DNA from: Camelus dromedarius
Lineage: Eukaryota
Reading direction: 5' to 3'
Length of the DNA stretch: 64,000 nt
NCBI RefSeq assembly: GCF_036321535.1
Contig: NC_087436.1
Location: 9,424,001-9,488,000 of the forward strand
In this document: positions 14,490 to 28,650 of the stretch, one piece after another
How the letters are laid out: each line of letters starts with the position of its first letter
Position numbering within the stretch: the first letter of the stretch is position 1
Position numbers and translations under genes: made by a program
Notes under the pieces: model-generated
The model's input: only the letters and a program-made list of their open reading frames with translations
Database searches by the model: none
What the model was told of the DNA's origin: nothing

Positions 14490-14990
14490 CACCGCAAGAT
14501 GCATCTCACCACTCCCACTGGTATTCACATCACCCTGGTGTGGTCCTCTCCCAAATTACACCAGGGTAGATCTACGTGACCAGGAGGCTAACAGAAGTGT
14601 TAGGAGGTCACTTTGAGGTCCAGTTGTGAAGACGGCCGGGAGTTCTCTCCTGGGCTCCTTGCTTGCCTGCCCTCTTGGTCTTTCTCTTTCCTTCCTCACT
14701 CACTCTGGGGAGGCCAGCATGCAGTCAGGGGAACCCCCCTATGCAGAGGCTCAGAGAGCAGGGAATTGAAGCCCCTGACACTCAGCCCTCTGAATGAGTT
14801 TAGAGGAGATTGTCAGGCACCTTCAGGTGACTGGACCCACAGACAACGTAAGTGCAACTTGTGAGAGACGCAGTCAGAACCACCCATTAAGGCTCGTTGG
14901 GATTCCTGACCCTTGGAAAATGCATGAAATAATACACATTTGTCCCCAAGTTTCAAGGCACTTTGTTATAAGCAACAGATAACTAATACA
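14490..14990 (+). mobile_element. MaLR LTR (MLT1-like)
   Basis: 'ggtattcac', 'cactctggggaggccagc', 'tgcaacttgtgagagac', 'ttcctgaccc' and the end 'agcaacagataactaataca'. Confidence 0.75.
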
Positions 14991-15193
14991 ATGTATAAAT
15001 ATAAAACTTGGTCTATGTGTATCTGCAAGTGTGTATATATAATATACAAATATCTATGCATATACATTTACATTTAACTTACATAAATGTTGCGGATTAA
15101 TGTTAAATATAAACATTTAATTCAACACTGGTTTCAGTGCAGCATTGGAATTGATAGCCAAATGCCTTAAAGTAACTTAACCTATAGACACCT

Positions 15194-15210
15194 ACTGCCA
15201 TCTCTTGGTG
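15194..15210 (-). promoter_or_regulatory. CTCF-like motif
   Basis: The minus strand reads CACCAAGAGATGGCAGT, close to the core CCASYAGRKGGCRS. Motif only. Confidence 0.45.
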
Positions 15211-16140
15211 ATTTTAATCACTTCCATGCTTAGTTAGCGATTTTTTTTTTTAGGGTGATCTATATTTGGAATATACACAAATATATTCCAAGCCCTTGAA
15301 TATCAGCTATTTTATACAGCAAAATATTTTGTTATTCATATTATTTAGTTAAATAAAACCTTATCTTAAGGAAAATATACATTCATTATAATGTCACAGT
15401 TTCTCAAAATGTCTTCTTTTTGCTATACATATTTTAAGTTAAAAGTCTCCTTATGTAAAGTTTTTAATTTTATGACCACTGGTTTCTAAATCATTAATAA
15501 AAGCAAACTTTTTTCAACCTAGTTTTTGTGCAAAGTGCATTGCTTTTTTCCCCCTAAGTCTTATAGAAGTTGGATAAGCTGACAAGGGCTGTGAGTAATG
15601 AAGAGATAGTTTGTTAACCAATTGCATTATTCTAAACAATGGTTAATTAATGGATTTTTCTTTTACTGAGTAAATTAAAATATAATTTATGGCCTGTGTA
15701 GTATTATATCAATTACTTGTAGAGAACCCTTAAACATAAAAATGCAAAGTTCACACCAACAGTTGGAAAAATATTAGACCCTGCTTTCACAAAACTTTCT
15801 GAAGAGAATGAAATGGAAAACCATCATGGATGCCATGATACGCTCTGCCCCAACTGTCGTAAGGAATAGAAAGCAACTCTCAACTTATCCTCAATATTTC
15901 ATACAGAAGACTTCTCTTTTAGAACAGCTATTCTGGTGACACCTAAGAAATGTTTATGTTCCACAGTATCAAATCACTCTCAATTGCTGCTTTTTATTCC
16001 CGTGCTTTATCTTCTATATTTCTTTTATTCTGTACACAGCTTGTCACATTTTGAGCTGTTGCCATGTATTTAATAATGGTGAGATTGAGTATCTCAGAAA
16101 GAACAAAGCAAGATGGAATTGTGCAACAGCAAAAATGACA

Positions 16141-16215
16141 GATAAATAGATAGGAAGATGGATAGATAGACAGATAGATAGACAGACAGACAGATAGATA
16201 GTTGGATAAATAAAT
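16141..16215. repeat. (GATA)/(GACA)n microsatellite
   Basis: Directly visible. Confidence 0.9.
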
Positions 16216-18889
16216 ATCCCACTTGCAAAGATTAGAATGAAGACTCTAAAAGCAACACTAAATCCAACTCAGGCGGATCAAATTTATTTTCTTGTTAGTC
16301 TGTCTTCTCCTACCGATAAATCTTTCTGTCCCAGTGGGCTAGTCATTATAGATAATTGGTTAGTGTGTTATTTCCATGCTGAGTAGAATAGTTATGTTAC
16401 TAAAAGCATTTTTTATAGGCAGTATATTGACACTTGCATAATTTAAGAAAAAAATGAATCTCATAAAACACCTGGTATTCATTAGTTCTTTTTATCTGTG
16501 TGTTTCCTGCTCAATATTTTGATCACTTACCCCCTTCTGTGTAGATGACAGAAGAAAAATCTCTTTCCTGAGTGAAAATTTGTATCTGTATGAGGTGCAC
16601 ATACAGTGCATTGCAGGACATTTATTTTCCTACTGTTCCTCCTTAAAGCTGAAGATGAGGTTGAGCTAGTCAAGTATGTATGAAAGCGTTGATTGGGAAG
16701 AAATTTATGAGAATCCAATCGACATTATCTCGTTTTAGACTTACGTTTTTTGCCATCTTATGGGAATTGTGGCTGAATCTGTCGGAAAGAAATTAGCAAA
16801 GACTCAGGGATAATTTCATAATGTACAATTAATGAGCAATTTCCTTTGATGGCTCTTTTACAAGTGTTGGATAATATAGGAAATTATCCACAAAGGACAT
16901 TCCATTCTCCTGTTTATAATTAAACTTGATGTTGTTAACAAATATTTTCTTGCAACTATACTGACCTTATAAACGTGTGTTTGAAAACCAGCATAATAAT
17001 CTGTTTAACAATGGATCAATTTGCACTTACCAGGAACTGAAGGGCACGAATATAGTAGTTTTTGACATGATACTGTTTTTCTAAAATTTCTTATGTTGAA
17101 ATGTGAAGATAATTTAACATAACATATATTTTATTGCAAATTATACAAAGGAGTGCGAGTTTATATACATAGAAATCAGTAGTAATTATGTTTATATATT
17201 GTATCAGTAATCATATTTAGTGACTCCAACTGGCCAACTGCCTTGGGGCCAGTTATATATTTTGGTAAATGTTTACATCTAGCCTTTTAGTTTGTTCTAA
17301 TTGTTGTTACTGTGTTCTGTCAAGTAATGTTTATTTAGAATAAAAGAATAGTAGAAATTGATGTTGATTATGGGAGCCACAGCCGTAATTTAATTTGTGT
17401 TCATTATTAATAGGTCAGACTGTGCCAGAGACAAATGTCTACACAGTGAATGTTCAATTAGTCTATTGAACACATTATTCAATAATTGTTTAGGACATGA
17501 TGAACCTCCTGAACTTTATATATGCCTCCAGAGAATGGCAACTGGTAGTCTATGGAAATAGAATAAATTACAAAGATGAAGTTACAAGAATCTTTGGGGT
17601 GATATTAACACATGGCAGCATGGAAGACGTCCTCTGATCATAAAATGAAAGCAAAAGAAAAAAAAGCTGAATGAGATGGAAGGGAAAAAAGGACAACAAA
17701 ATACATAAAGTGGAAATAGAGAGAGGTGTTTCCAAAATATATTGATATCTATTTCGCTTTGTGAATTCTGAGGGGTAAAGGTGTGGTGGGTAAGCAGTAG
17801 GATGAGACGACATCACTGGAATCAGTTGATGGGCTGAGTTCTGTGCTTGGAACCCACTTGTTTGTTCAGTCTTCATTCATTCATTCATTCTTTCAGTGAG
17901 TAAGAATTCAGCATGTCCCATATTCCAGACACAGTTTTAGGCATTGAGTATTCCACGGTGAACGAACAGACATCTGCTCTCTTGGAGTAAAGTTTCATTT
18001 GGTATTGCTTCCTGTTGCAAGAGTTTCACTTGTCAGATGTGATTAAGTGTTTACCTTACAAAGGTAATGAGGGAGAACTCCCCCATGGGGGTGGGCTTAA
18101 AGGCAGTGTCATTATAGTAATCTGCTCCTGAGTGACACTTGAAGATTAACTTAGTTAAATTAGTTGCAATACTTGTTTCTACTTTGAGATTCCTGTTAGC
18201 CCAACACGTTGGGGTCTACTTGTCAATTTAGTTTGGGGATGGTTTTTGTCATAAGTCACCTTCAGGCAGACTTCTCCCCAAATCAGTAAGTCTGCCATTT
18301 TCCCTTAGTGAATGTCTCTGGCTTACTGTTGCTTATCCTCATTTTCCTCCTGGTAATGGCCTTGATCTCAGGATGGATGAACAATGGTGCCCAGTAGAGG
18401 GTCAGAAGAATGGCTATCTTCCATAATCTCAGAAAGTTGCCCTGATGGCCCATGTTACGTGGCAATTTCCACCCTCAAAGTGGAAGAATCTTCACATTGA
18501 GGAAGTGAGGAGAGAGACTCAGTGTAAACTCTTAGAAAGACCCAGGGGTATAGATTCCTCAGTTACAGGAACACTCTCCCATGTCTCTAATTCCCTTGAC
18601 CTAATGACATGGTAAGTACCACTGCAAGTCTAAATATAACTTCCAGAATCATCTGGGTGAATAGCTTTTGCCTTCATTTCGTAGCCCTAAGTTTAGTAGT
18701 ATTGACATTATTGAACTTCACTACAAAACAGTGATAGTTAAGAAATATACCCAATCTTTTATTTTCCACCTCTACCACCACGATTTTGCGTTTTGGAAAG
18801 TGGCTTAGTACAAAGAACCAACCACCTTTCCCTTACGGTGTTGGCAAGACTCACTGCCCACTCTTACTCAGAACTTCCATAAGACTCAC

Positions 18890-19262
18890 TGTGACGCCCT
18901 TGGTTGTCTAAGTCCAAACACAGACATTTTCCCTTGCACATGAACTTGCTGACAAGGTCAGACACAGATTGTCAAATTCCCTGTTCTTTGTCTGAAATGA
19001 TTAACTGAGATTAGAACCAATTTTTCCCTGAAACTAACTGGACACAGAGGTAAAAACATTTCTGTACAGCTAATTTACCAGGACTTCCTCGTTTTGCAAA
19101 TCAATTCCAAGTGCAAACCACAATACCTGTAGCGTCTACTCCTCTCATAAAGCTTAAAGCAAAGCCATCTGCTGAGACAGTGTGATCTCGGATCTGAGGT
19201 CCTCTCCTATTGCAATAGGCTGAGTGAGATCAATTTCTTTACCTGTTTGATTTTTGCCCTTG
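18890..19262 (+). mobile_element. LTR fragment (ERV1-like)
   Basis: TG start, 'cataaagc' TATA-like element and the R/U5-like 'ctattgcaatag..atcaatttctttac'. Confidence 0.45.
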
Positions 19263-22200
19263 GGGATGTACTTGAACCAAGCTCTATTAGCCTGTATGAG
19301 CTATGGATTTAGTTAAGATAATTGTCATTGTTAAGTGTATCATATATCAATAATCACATTTTTTCTTGCGCAGCTCTAAGAATGATGAGGTACGCCCAGT
19401 CCAGTGAGGTGTCTGTAGCTTGTATCTAGGCAGTGCTGTGTGTTTATAGACCTAATGATTGCAGAAGGACAAATATCTTGCTTTTATTTAAACGTTATCA
19501 CCAACACCTGTGTTCCTTTTAGACTATTACTAGTCTTTCTATTGGTTATCCTAATAGTGCTGATTTTATTCTACATCCTTCAAATAAAACATTAAAAAAA
19601 AAAAAACAACACTCTTGTCTATGCCTGAATTTTACTTCGACTCACAGCTACCACCGGCATTTGTCAACGTAGTGGTTGGATCCCATTCCTGGCCAGCGTT
19701 TAGAGGGAAAACAGACCATGGAGAACTGTCTCTTCATTTCTCTAAATTGCAGGAGCAATTTCTCTATCTGGCCTTCAGCAACCTAAGACTAAATGCAGAA
19801 ATGATTCAAGCCACAGAAATAAGAAAACTGAGTAAATTTTTCCTAATAGCAGTGAGGCTGGTGACCTGGAATCAGACTTGCTCCGTCATCTCTTGTGATA
19901 TCAACAAGGCAAAAAGACGTGAGCACCACTCTCCAACATGTTTACCTTCAGTCGACATCAAGTTTCCCCAGAGCACCCTCCCTCCTCTGTGGTAATCTGT
20001 TCTAGGTTCTAAGAGACAATAGGACAGGCTTTAGATGCTCCATTCCTACGAAGGACTAACTGTATTTCCTAAAGAGGTGACTTTGACAGTGAAATGATAA
20101 AATAGAAGTATACTGTACACTGAAATAGGGCCTGGCCTATACTGCCTTCCCAGCAAATATTAATTCTATACGTGCGCACACATACACACACGATGGTCTG
20201 GCCCCTGACTTTACTTTTAAAATCAAAATAATGTCTGCACTGTCATTAGCTTGCCTGTACCTAGGCTTTCAAACATTCCATGTAGCATCTGTCTGCTTTC
20301 CTCCACTTCAATGTTCTCGAAAAATAAAAGGTCATTTACCATTAATAAATTATATCCATAGGGCAAAGGGAAAGGCATTTACTTGGAGTTATTAGCTCAT
20401 GTTTATCCAAGTCACATTCAGATGCAGTCCTTTCCACAAGCCATTGACATTTCCAGATAAATGAGATAACACATTTCAATGAATATGGGGAAAGTCAATT
20501 CACCAGAGGCTACAGGGAGGAATTATGGGGAAATTCATTTTCCCTGCCTGTTGCCTTTCATTAACAAAAATGAGGAACTGAGATCATTAAAGAGCTGGTT
20601 GAGAATTAAAGAGGAAAATAACAGTGTTACCAAGAAAGCAACTCTTGAAGGATAATATGATAAATTAGCAAATACTCTATAGGCCTATTTCTGCTAATTC
20701 TCATTAAAGCACAGATCTCAGCATTGAGAATTCTGGCAAAATATTTGGCAGGACAACTAATGATGGATATTTTACGTAACATGCCTTTTGAATTCCGACA
20801 TATTGGCCTTATATTTTAAAGAACATGCTGAGAAAACATGGTAAAAGATATATTGTTTCTCAGGGAGTAAACTCAAAAGAAAGGGTTTATCAGAACACTT
20901 TACAATACTTCCACTTGATCTTATAATCCTGTAATGTCAACAGAGAGGGACAAGGGACTAGTGAATAAAATACGCTTTGTTTCTTCAAATCACAAGAGAG
21001 TAATGTGCCTTGTGTCACCTGGTTGAGATCTTTCCTAATAAATTGCAAATCCCTCATTTTTAGTAACATTCTTCCAAAGACTACAGAAAAAGGATAAAAG
21101 AATTGAAAGCTTCAGTATTGTTCTAAACCATAAATCCCACTCAATTCTTCCTAGCAGCTCGGGTCACGATAATAAGGTCTGAATGGCAGCTTTTAGAAAT
21201 TTCTATACATTAAGTTAATGGACATAATTTAACGTGCTTTTAATGCCTGCTGATTAATGAGAAGACTTTGTAAGATTAAGCATTAATCAGTACATAATAG
21301 TCACACTCTGCACATCTTGTGTGTTTTCTGTTCTTCATGTTTAAGTAGGACATAAAATAATGTTGCTATTCAAATCCCCCAGCATTAATAAATGTATCTA
21401 CAGAGTTTGGAAATAAAGGTAATCCTTGCAAAAGAAACAAATAAGCAGTGGCACATAATAGTATTAGAAATTAAAGTATATAATAATAAATTAAATAATA
21501 ATAAATTAAGTATTTTTGTCAGTGACCCTAGAATGCCTGCACGTGTATTAAGCAGTTGAACAAAAACTTTAATTAGAATGAATGAAGAAAGTAGAAAACA
21601 TTAATTGATGTCAGAATAGAGTTGTGTTCAATAAGAGGATCTATTTGATGACAAAAAAGTAACAAACAATATACAATATACAAACAATACTACGTCATCT
21701 TCATATCGTATACAGAGAAAAATAACCTAAAATACATGCACTTAGAATTTTTCTCCCGCTGTCTGGGAAACAGAAAGAAATAGGTGGTTCAGGACCCAGA
21801 AGCTGAGCGCTTGAAAATGCCCTGGGAGGAGTTTGAAAACCTGGACAGGATTAGGATCTCTTCAACTACCACATCCTTTGTGCTGATTCCTGCCCTCCCA
21901 AGTCCACTTTTTCTCAATACTTAGAATTCCCAAGGAATAGGATGATAGAACAGATGGTCCCTAATTTGATTTGTTCAAAGCGTGTTTCCTGAACGTCTAA
22001 CCTACTATATGCCAGGCAGCAATGAAACAAAAATAATCAGAATCAGAATTTTTTAATCTTTGTGATTGCAGAGTTTTTTTTTAAATGAAAATGTTTGTCA
22101 TCAGAATTGGCATGTATATACCAAACACATATATGTGTGTAGAGACAGCATGTGTCTATGTATTAATATTAAATAACTGATGGTGTTCCAGGAATTACCC

Positions 22201-22770
22201 CATAGTGAGTGACCGATGAATCAGAAATCTCTACTTTTTGTTTTAGTTCTTTGGAAGGTTTTTGAAACTCCGACTATGAAAATACAAACATGCAATTTTA
22301 AAAATCAGAACAAAATTTTTGGCTAAGAGACATAGATATTGAGATTACGGAAGCTCCTTTTAGATCCTAAAATACCACTCGGGTATCATTTGTTACCGTG
22401 AGCCTCGTAACTGGCTGGAATTCATAGACTGACTCCCGGAACTGGGAAGGGTGCTTCCTCGGGCTGGCTGTGCACAAGCTAAGAAAGTGTCTCCTCCCTT
22501 ATTCATTATGAAGGGCAAGATCGGCAGGGAAATTGAGCTCAACGAAGCATCATAAAGACAACCATGATATAAATCATTTGAAGCAGTGTCTAAAGCAAAC
22601 TCCAAAAATATAAATGCCAATTTTAAAATGTTTTCCCTATGAAAGAGGAAGAAAAACTAAGGAAAACCCTTACAAAGCCAAGTAGAGTTAAACCTTCTTG
22701 TTTTGGGTCCAGAATGTTAGGCAAAAGACTTACTGAATTTCTCTTTGCTTTTTTCATGTTGTGGTGGAAC

Positions 22771-22843
22771 TATTACTATTATTACTATTATTATTATTAC
22801 TATTATTATTATTATTACTACTATTATTATTATTATTATTATA
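22771..22843. repeat. (TAT/TAC)n microsatellite
   Basis: About 24 triplets, which produce a spurious poly-Tyr ORF. Confidence 0.95.
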
Positions 22844-23681
22844 TTGTTACATGGAAAATATTTCAAGCCTAAAAGAAGTTGAAAGAATAGTTAAAAAAAA
22901 CCTGTAATTCCTTCACTTAGGTTACAATTGTTGATACATTTGACTATCTTTTGTGCTCCATGTTTGTGACGTGGGTTGTTGAATTTGTGGAAGCAGTTCA
23001 AGCTGGAGACATCTTAACTTTTCACCCCTGTGTTGACTTTGCAATGTGTCACCTTGGCTACACTGAACTACATTTCCCAGAATCCCCTTCCATTTGCTTC
23101 CGATTAGGCTGGACCACAAGTTTCTTGTAGAAGGCTTGAATTTTGTAACTTAGGGCATCCTGTGAGATATAGAGACCTGGATCCTGGGGCTGATGTGATA
23201 CAAAATTACCCCATGCACCTGCTATTCTGTTGTGTTTGCTTATCTGATACCTATATTTTAGGTCTAAGTAAATAAAAATATTTCTTGAGAGCTATTATTT
23301 CCTGTAAGTCTTTTCTTAATTCCACAATTAAAGCCACTGTATCAGTGGTATTGTACTGGACAGATGGAGGTCAATGGTGGACTGAGAAGATGAAAAATGA
23401 TGCTATTATAAATAATATTTTCTTCATTTTATTAGTCTCAATACTTCTATGAAGAGAAACTTACTCATCAACTATTTGGATACCCAGGCTTACAGCTTAT
23501 TTAGGAAAGTCAGGATAAAGACTGATTTCCTGTTTTCAAAAAAGACTTATTTCTTTAGCAAAATCTGTAGTGACAAATCAGTGTTTTGTTTAAGTACAAT
23601 TATAAACTCATTAAAACATTTGATATATTTAAGTTCACTGCAAGTGTTACCCTGATTGATACATAAATTATCCCCGATAAC

Positions 23682-23856
23682 TTTTTTTTAAATGAAGTAC
23701 AGTCAGTTACAATGTGTCAATTTCTGGTGTACGGCACAATGTCCCAGTCATGCATATACATACATATATTCCTTTTCATATTCTTTTTTATTAAAGGGTA
23801 TTACAAAATATTAAATATAGTTTCCTGTGCTATACAAAAGAAATTTGCTTTTTTAA

Positions 23857-23908
<52 letters not shown>

Positions 23909-23946
23909 GGCTAACATTTGCAAATCTCAAACTCCCAGATTTATCC
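23682..23946 (-). mobile_element. Younger LINE-1 3' tip with internal (TA)n (23859-23906)
   Basis: 'tttttttaaatgaagtacagtcagttacaatgtgtcaatttctggtgtac'. It is closely similar to the copies at 31480 and 56215. Confidence 0.85.
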
Positions 23947-23997
23947 TTGTAATAGAAGATTTCAAGCTGATTCCCAAGTGGTTTGAAACACCAGTAG

Positions 23998-24479
23998 TCT
24001 TTTTTATTGAGGTATAATTGATAAATGAAAAGTGTATAATTTAAGCTATACAACTTGATCTTTTGATATAATTAACCATAAACAAACTAGTAAACATATC
24101 CATCACCTCACATATTACTATTTTCTCTTCTTGTGTGTGATGAGAACACTTCAGATCCCCTCTCTTCATAAATTTCAAAGATACAATACAGTATTGTTAA
24201 CTATAGTCACGTTGCAATGAATTAAATCTCCAGAATTTGTTCATAACTAAAATCTTTTACTCCTTTTACCAACGTCTCCCCCTTTTCCACCCTTCCCAGC
24301 TCCTGGCAACCACCAAGCTACTCGTTGCTTCTGTGAGTTTGACAGTTAGAGTCCACATATAAATGGGGTCATGCTGTATATCTTTCTTGGGTTATTCCAC
24401 TTGGCAAAATGTCCTCCAGGTTCATTTCAGTCGTCCCAAATGACAGGATTTCCTTCTTTTCTAAGGCTGAATAATGTTC

Positions 24480-24525
<46 letters not shown>

Positions 24526-26790
24526 AATCTATATATACACATAAACATATATATACATAACTAGATTTTTTTTAATCCCTTCATCTGTCAATGCACATTT
24601 AGCTTGTTTCCATGTCTTGGCTATTGTGAATAGTGCTACAACAAACATAAGAGTACAGATATCTCTTGAAGATACTAATTTCATTTCTTTGAAGTATATA
24701 CCCAAAAGTGAAATTGCTGGATCATACGGCAATTCTATCTTTTTTTTTTGAGGAATATCCATACTGTTTTCCATAATAGCTGTATACTAGTTTACATACC
24801 TACCAACAGTGTACAAGGGATCTGTTTTCTCCACATCCTTGTCAAGACTTACTTCTTGTATTTTTGGTCACAGTCGTTCTAACAGATGGGAGGTGATACC
24901 TCACTGTAGTTTTGTTTTGGGTTTCCCTGATGATTAGTAATTTGGGCACCCTGTCATATGCCTTTTGGCAATTTGTGTGTCTTTTGAGAAATGTATATTT
25001 TGGCCCTTTGTTCGTTTTTCAATTGGGTTATTTATTTTTGGCTATTGAGTTATATGAGTTCCTTACATATTTTGAATATTAACCTCTTATCAGATACTAT
25101 GGTTTGCAAACATTGTCCCCCATTCTATAGGTTGCATTTTCATTCTGTTGATTATTTGCTTTGCTGTACAGAAGCTTTTTAGTTTCATGTAGTCCCACTT
25201 ACTTATTTTCTCTTTTGTTACCTGTGCTTTTAATGTCATATCCAAAAAAAAAAAAAAATTGCCAAGAAAATTTTCCCCTGTTTTCTTCTAGTAGTTTTAT
25301 GGTTCCTTGTCTCATGTTTAAGTCTTTAATCCATTTTGGGTAGATGTTTGTGTATGGTGTGATATAAGGGTCCAATTCATTTTTATGCAAGCAGATACCC
25401 AAATTTTCCAACACCATTTATTGAAGAGACTATTCTTTCCCCCATGTGTGTTCTTGACACTGTTATTGAAGATCAGTTGACTGTAGATGCATGGATTTCT
25501 CTGTAGGCTCCATTCAGTGTCATTGGCCTATATGCTTATTTCATGTCAGAACCATACTATTTTTATTACTGTAGTTTTATAATATATTTTGAAGTCAGGA
25601 AGTATATAATACTTGTGTATTTTTTTTTTTTTTTAAGATTGCTGTGGTTGTTCGGGGTTTTTTATGATTTTTTTGTTAGTTTGTTTGTTTGTTTTTTGTT
25701 CTATTATTTTTATAAAAATTGCCACTGGGATTTTATGACAGGCATTGCACTGAATCTGTAGATCACTTCCTGTAGTTTGGACACTTTAACAATATTGATT
25801 CTTCTAATCTGAAAACATGAGATGTCTTCCAATTTTTTGTGTTGTATTTAATTTCCTTCATCAATGTTTATAAATTTTAGTTTATAAGTTTTTTACATCT
25901 TTGGTTAAGTTTACTCCTATTTTATTCTTTTGTTGCTATCATGAATGAGATTGTTAGTTATCTGTGGATAGAAACTTGACTGAGTTTTGTATGTTGAAAC
26001 TTTACTAAATTAATTTAATTGGTTTTAATGGCTTTTTTGGTAGACTCTTTAGGGTTTTCTGCATATATGATCCTGTCATTGGCAAGTAGATAATTTTACT
26101 TATTCACTGGGTGCCTTTTATTTCTTTTTCTTGCCTAATTGCTCTGGCTAGGGCTTCTAGTACTCTGCTGAGTAGAAGTGACAAGAGTGGGCCTCCTTCC
26201 CTTATACCAAATCTTAGAGAAAAAAAATTTAGCTTTTCTCCATTGATTATAATGTAAACTGTGTACTTTTCACATGTGACTTTTATTGTGTTGTGGTAAG
26301 TTCCTTCTATTTTGTTGAGAATTTTTATTATGAAAAGATGATAAATTTGTCAAATACTTTTTATATACCTATTGCAATGATCATTATTTTTAATTCTGTT
26401 AATGTGGTATATCAAATTGATTAATTTGTGTATGTTGAATCAACCTCACATCCCACAGATAAGTCCCACTGGGTCATAGTGTATGATACTTTCAATGCAC
26501 TGTTGAATTTGGTTTTCTAGTATTTTATTGAGAATTTCTGTATTTATGTTCATCAGAGATAATGGCCTGTAATTTGTGTGTGTGTCTGTGTTATTTTTCC
26601 TCTGGCTTTGGTCTCAGGGTGATACTGTCTCATAAAATGAGTTTTAAAACATTCTGTCTTCTATTTTTTGGAAGAATTTAGAGTGGATCAGTATTAATTT
26701 GTCTTTGAATGTTTGGTAGAATTCAACCATGAAATCATTGGTCCTGGGCTTTTCTTTGTTGGAAGATCTTTGCTTGCTGACTCAATCCCA
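23998..26790 (-). mobile_element. LINE-1, 3'UTR plus 3' half of ORF2, decayed
   Basis: Minus-strand peptides IELPYDPAISLLGIYFKEMK..ICTLMFVVALFTIAKTWKQ and [28 protein letters not shown] match the ORF2p C-terminus. Confidence 0.93.
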
Positions 26791-27319
26791 TAGTTTTAAT
26801 AGCTTCTTTTCTGTCAGATGGGACAGGATGTTGCAGATTCTTCTTATACATTTTCTGAACCAGTCTTACAATCAGTTGGTCCCTAAATTATCCTTGGAGA
26901 TCGTAGCCTTATCAAAAGGGGTGTGCATCGAAAATTAATTGGTCTTTTCAGATGACACAGCTAATAGTACACTTTAAGACAAAAATGTGTAATGTTTTTA
27001 TACAATCAAACTCAGGACTCCAGAGGTTTTACTTATCATTTTCTATTATAATCTGAATCTCCCTTCTTCCATCCCTGATTCAAAGATAAAACAATGAGAA
27101 ATACGTAATATCACACAATTACTGATTTGCTCTGTGTATTACATATAAAACCAACAGTCTGGGAATGACAATATTAACATTAAATTCAACAATATAATTA
27201 GTGATAAGACTTTTCTTTGCACATCTATTTTTTTTCTTACTAGAGTATATTTAGTTAGAGATATGAAATTAAACAATTATGTTTGAAGTTACTTGCAACT
27301 TTTATGATATGTATGTAAC

Positions 27320-28650
27320 TGGAGTTCTGTATTTGGCATGAGCAAGTAAGTTCATACTGGACTGACTCTTGCACACATAGAAACTATAAATGTTGATAAA
27401 ATGAAGAAAGAAAGCACCTGAAAGAAATAGAAAGTGAATGAAGGCATAATATGGAGGAAATGACAAATGGTAGACAGAAATGACATGAGATTGCTTGTCT
27501 AATGGTTTTGGCCTTTAGTATGAGGGTAGACTGCTGTGGACACTTTGACTACAGAGAGCCAGATAACGCTAGCGTGAAGGACAGAGGGCAAACGTAGAGG
27601 AAACCTCAACAACTGAACAATAAGAGGGGATTTCTACAAGGGAGTGACCTAAGATGAATGTCCTAAAGTCTGCTCATCTTATGTTAAAATTTCCCTCTGC
27701 AAAATAAAAACAAAAACAAAGGGCTGTCTTCATGCCACCCCCAAAATGTCAGCAAAATTCACAATGTTTAGGATACAAGCCAGCATTTCTTGATAAAGAT
27801 AAGAAAAACACAGCTCATTCTGAAAAAAAAAAAAAAAGATAAGGGAGAACATATCTGAGAGGATGCAGAGTAAGCAGCTATTACAGCACTGCTGAATGAG
27901 ATAAAGGAAACAGTGCTAGTAATAAATGAAAATACAGGAAATCAGCAGGGAAATATAAACTATAGAAGAAACCAGATGGAAATTATAATATTGAAGAAAA
28001 ATATGCATTAGGAATAATGGGAAGGCATAACAGCCTAACTGTTATAAAAGAGGAAAAACAATAAGCTTGGAGAGATATACCAGTAGATATTATACAATAT
28101 GAAAAACAGTGAAAAATGCTTTAAAATAATGAACAAAACTTAGGCGCCTCTGGAACAATCTTAGAGGGCCTAACACATGCGTGCTTAGAGTCATAAGAGG
28201 AAAAGACATAAAAATGGTTCATGAAAAATATTTGAACAAATAATGGCTGATAATTTTCCAAATTTGTTGACAGGTATAAATGTATTGATTCAAGAAGCTG
28301 ACTGGGCACCAAGAAAGATAAATATGAAGAAAACCGTGCCTAGGCACACTGGTGTCAAACTGTTGAAAATCAAGATATAAAGATCTTGTAAGTAACTGCA
28401 GAAAATGCATACTTTGCATACAGTCAAAGCTATTCAAATAATCACTGAATGTCTTATCAGGAATTATGAAATCCAAAAGACAGTGGAGCAAAATATTTAA
28501 ATTGTTGAAAACAAACAAACAAAAAGTCAAGTGAGAATTCTAAGTTGAACCAAAAATACCTTTCAAAACTGAAGGCAAAATGCATTGGCAGATGACAAAA
28601 TCTAAGGTAATTTGGTGACAGAAATGTAAAAGAAAGTTACGACAGATACA
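27320..28650 (+). mobile_element. Old LINE-1 5'/ORF1 fragment
   Basis: 'aaaatatttgaacaaataatggctgataattttccaaatttg', 'gattcaagaagct' and 'cctaggcacact..gtcaaactgttgaaaatcaaga'. Confidence 0.75.

Noticed and set aside
22639..22872. Poly-Tyr ORF
   Set aside because: It is the translation of a (TAT)n microsatellite.
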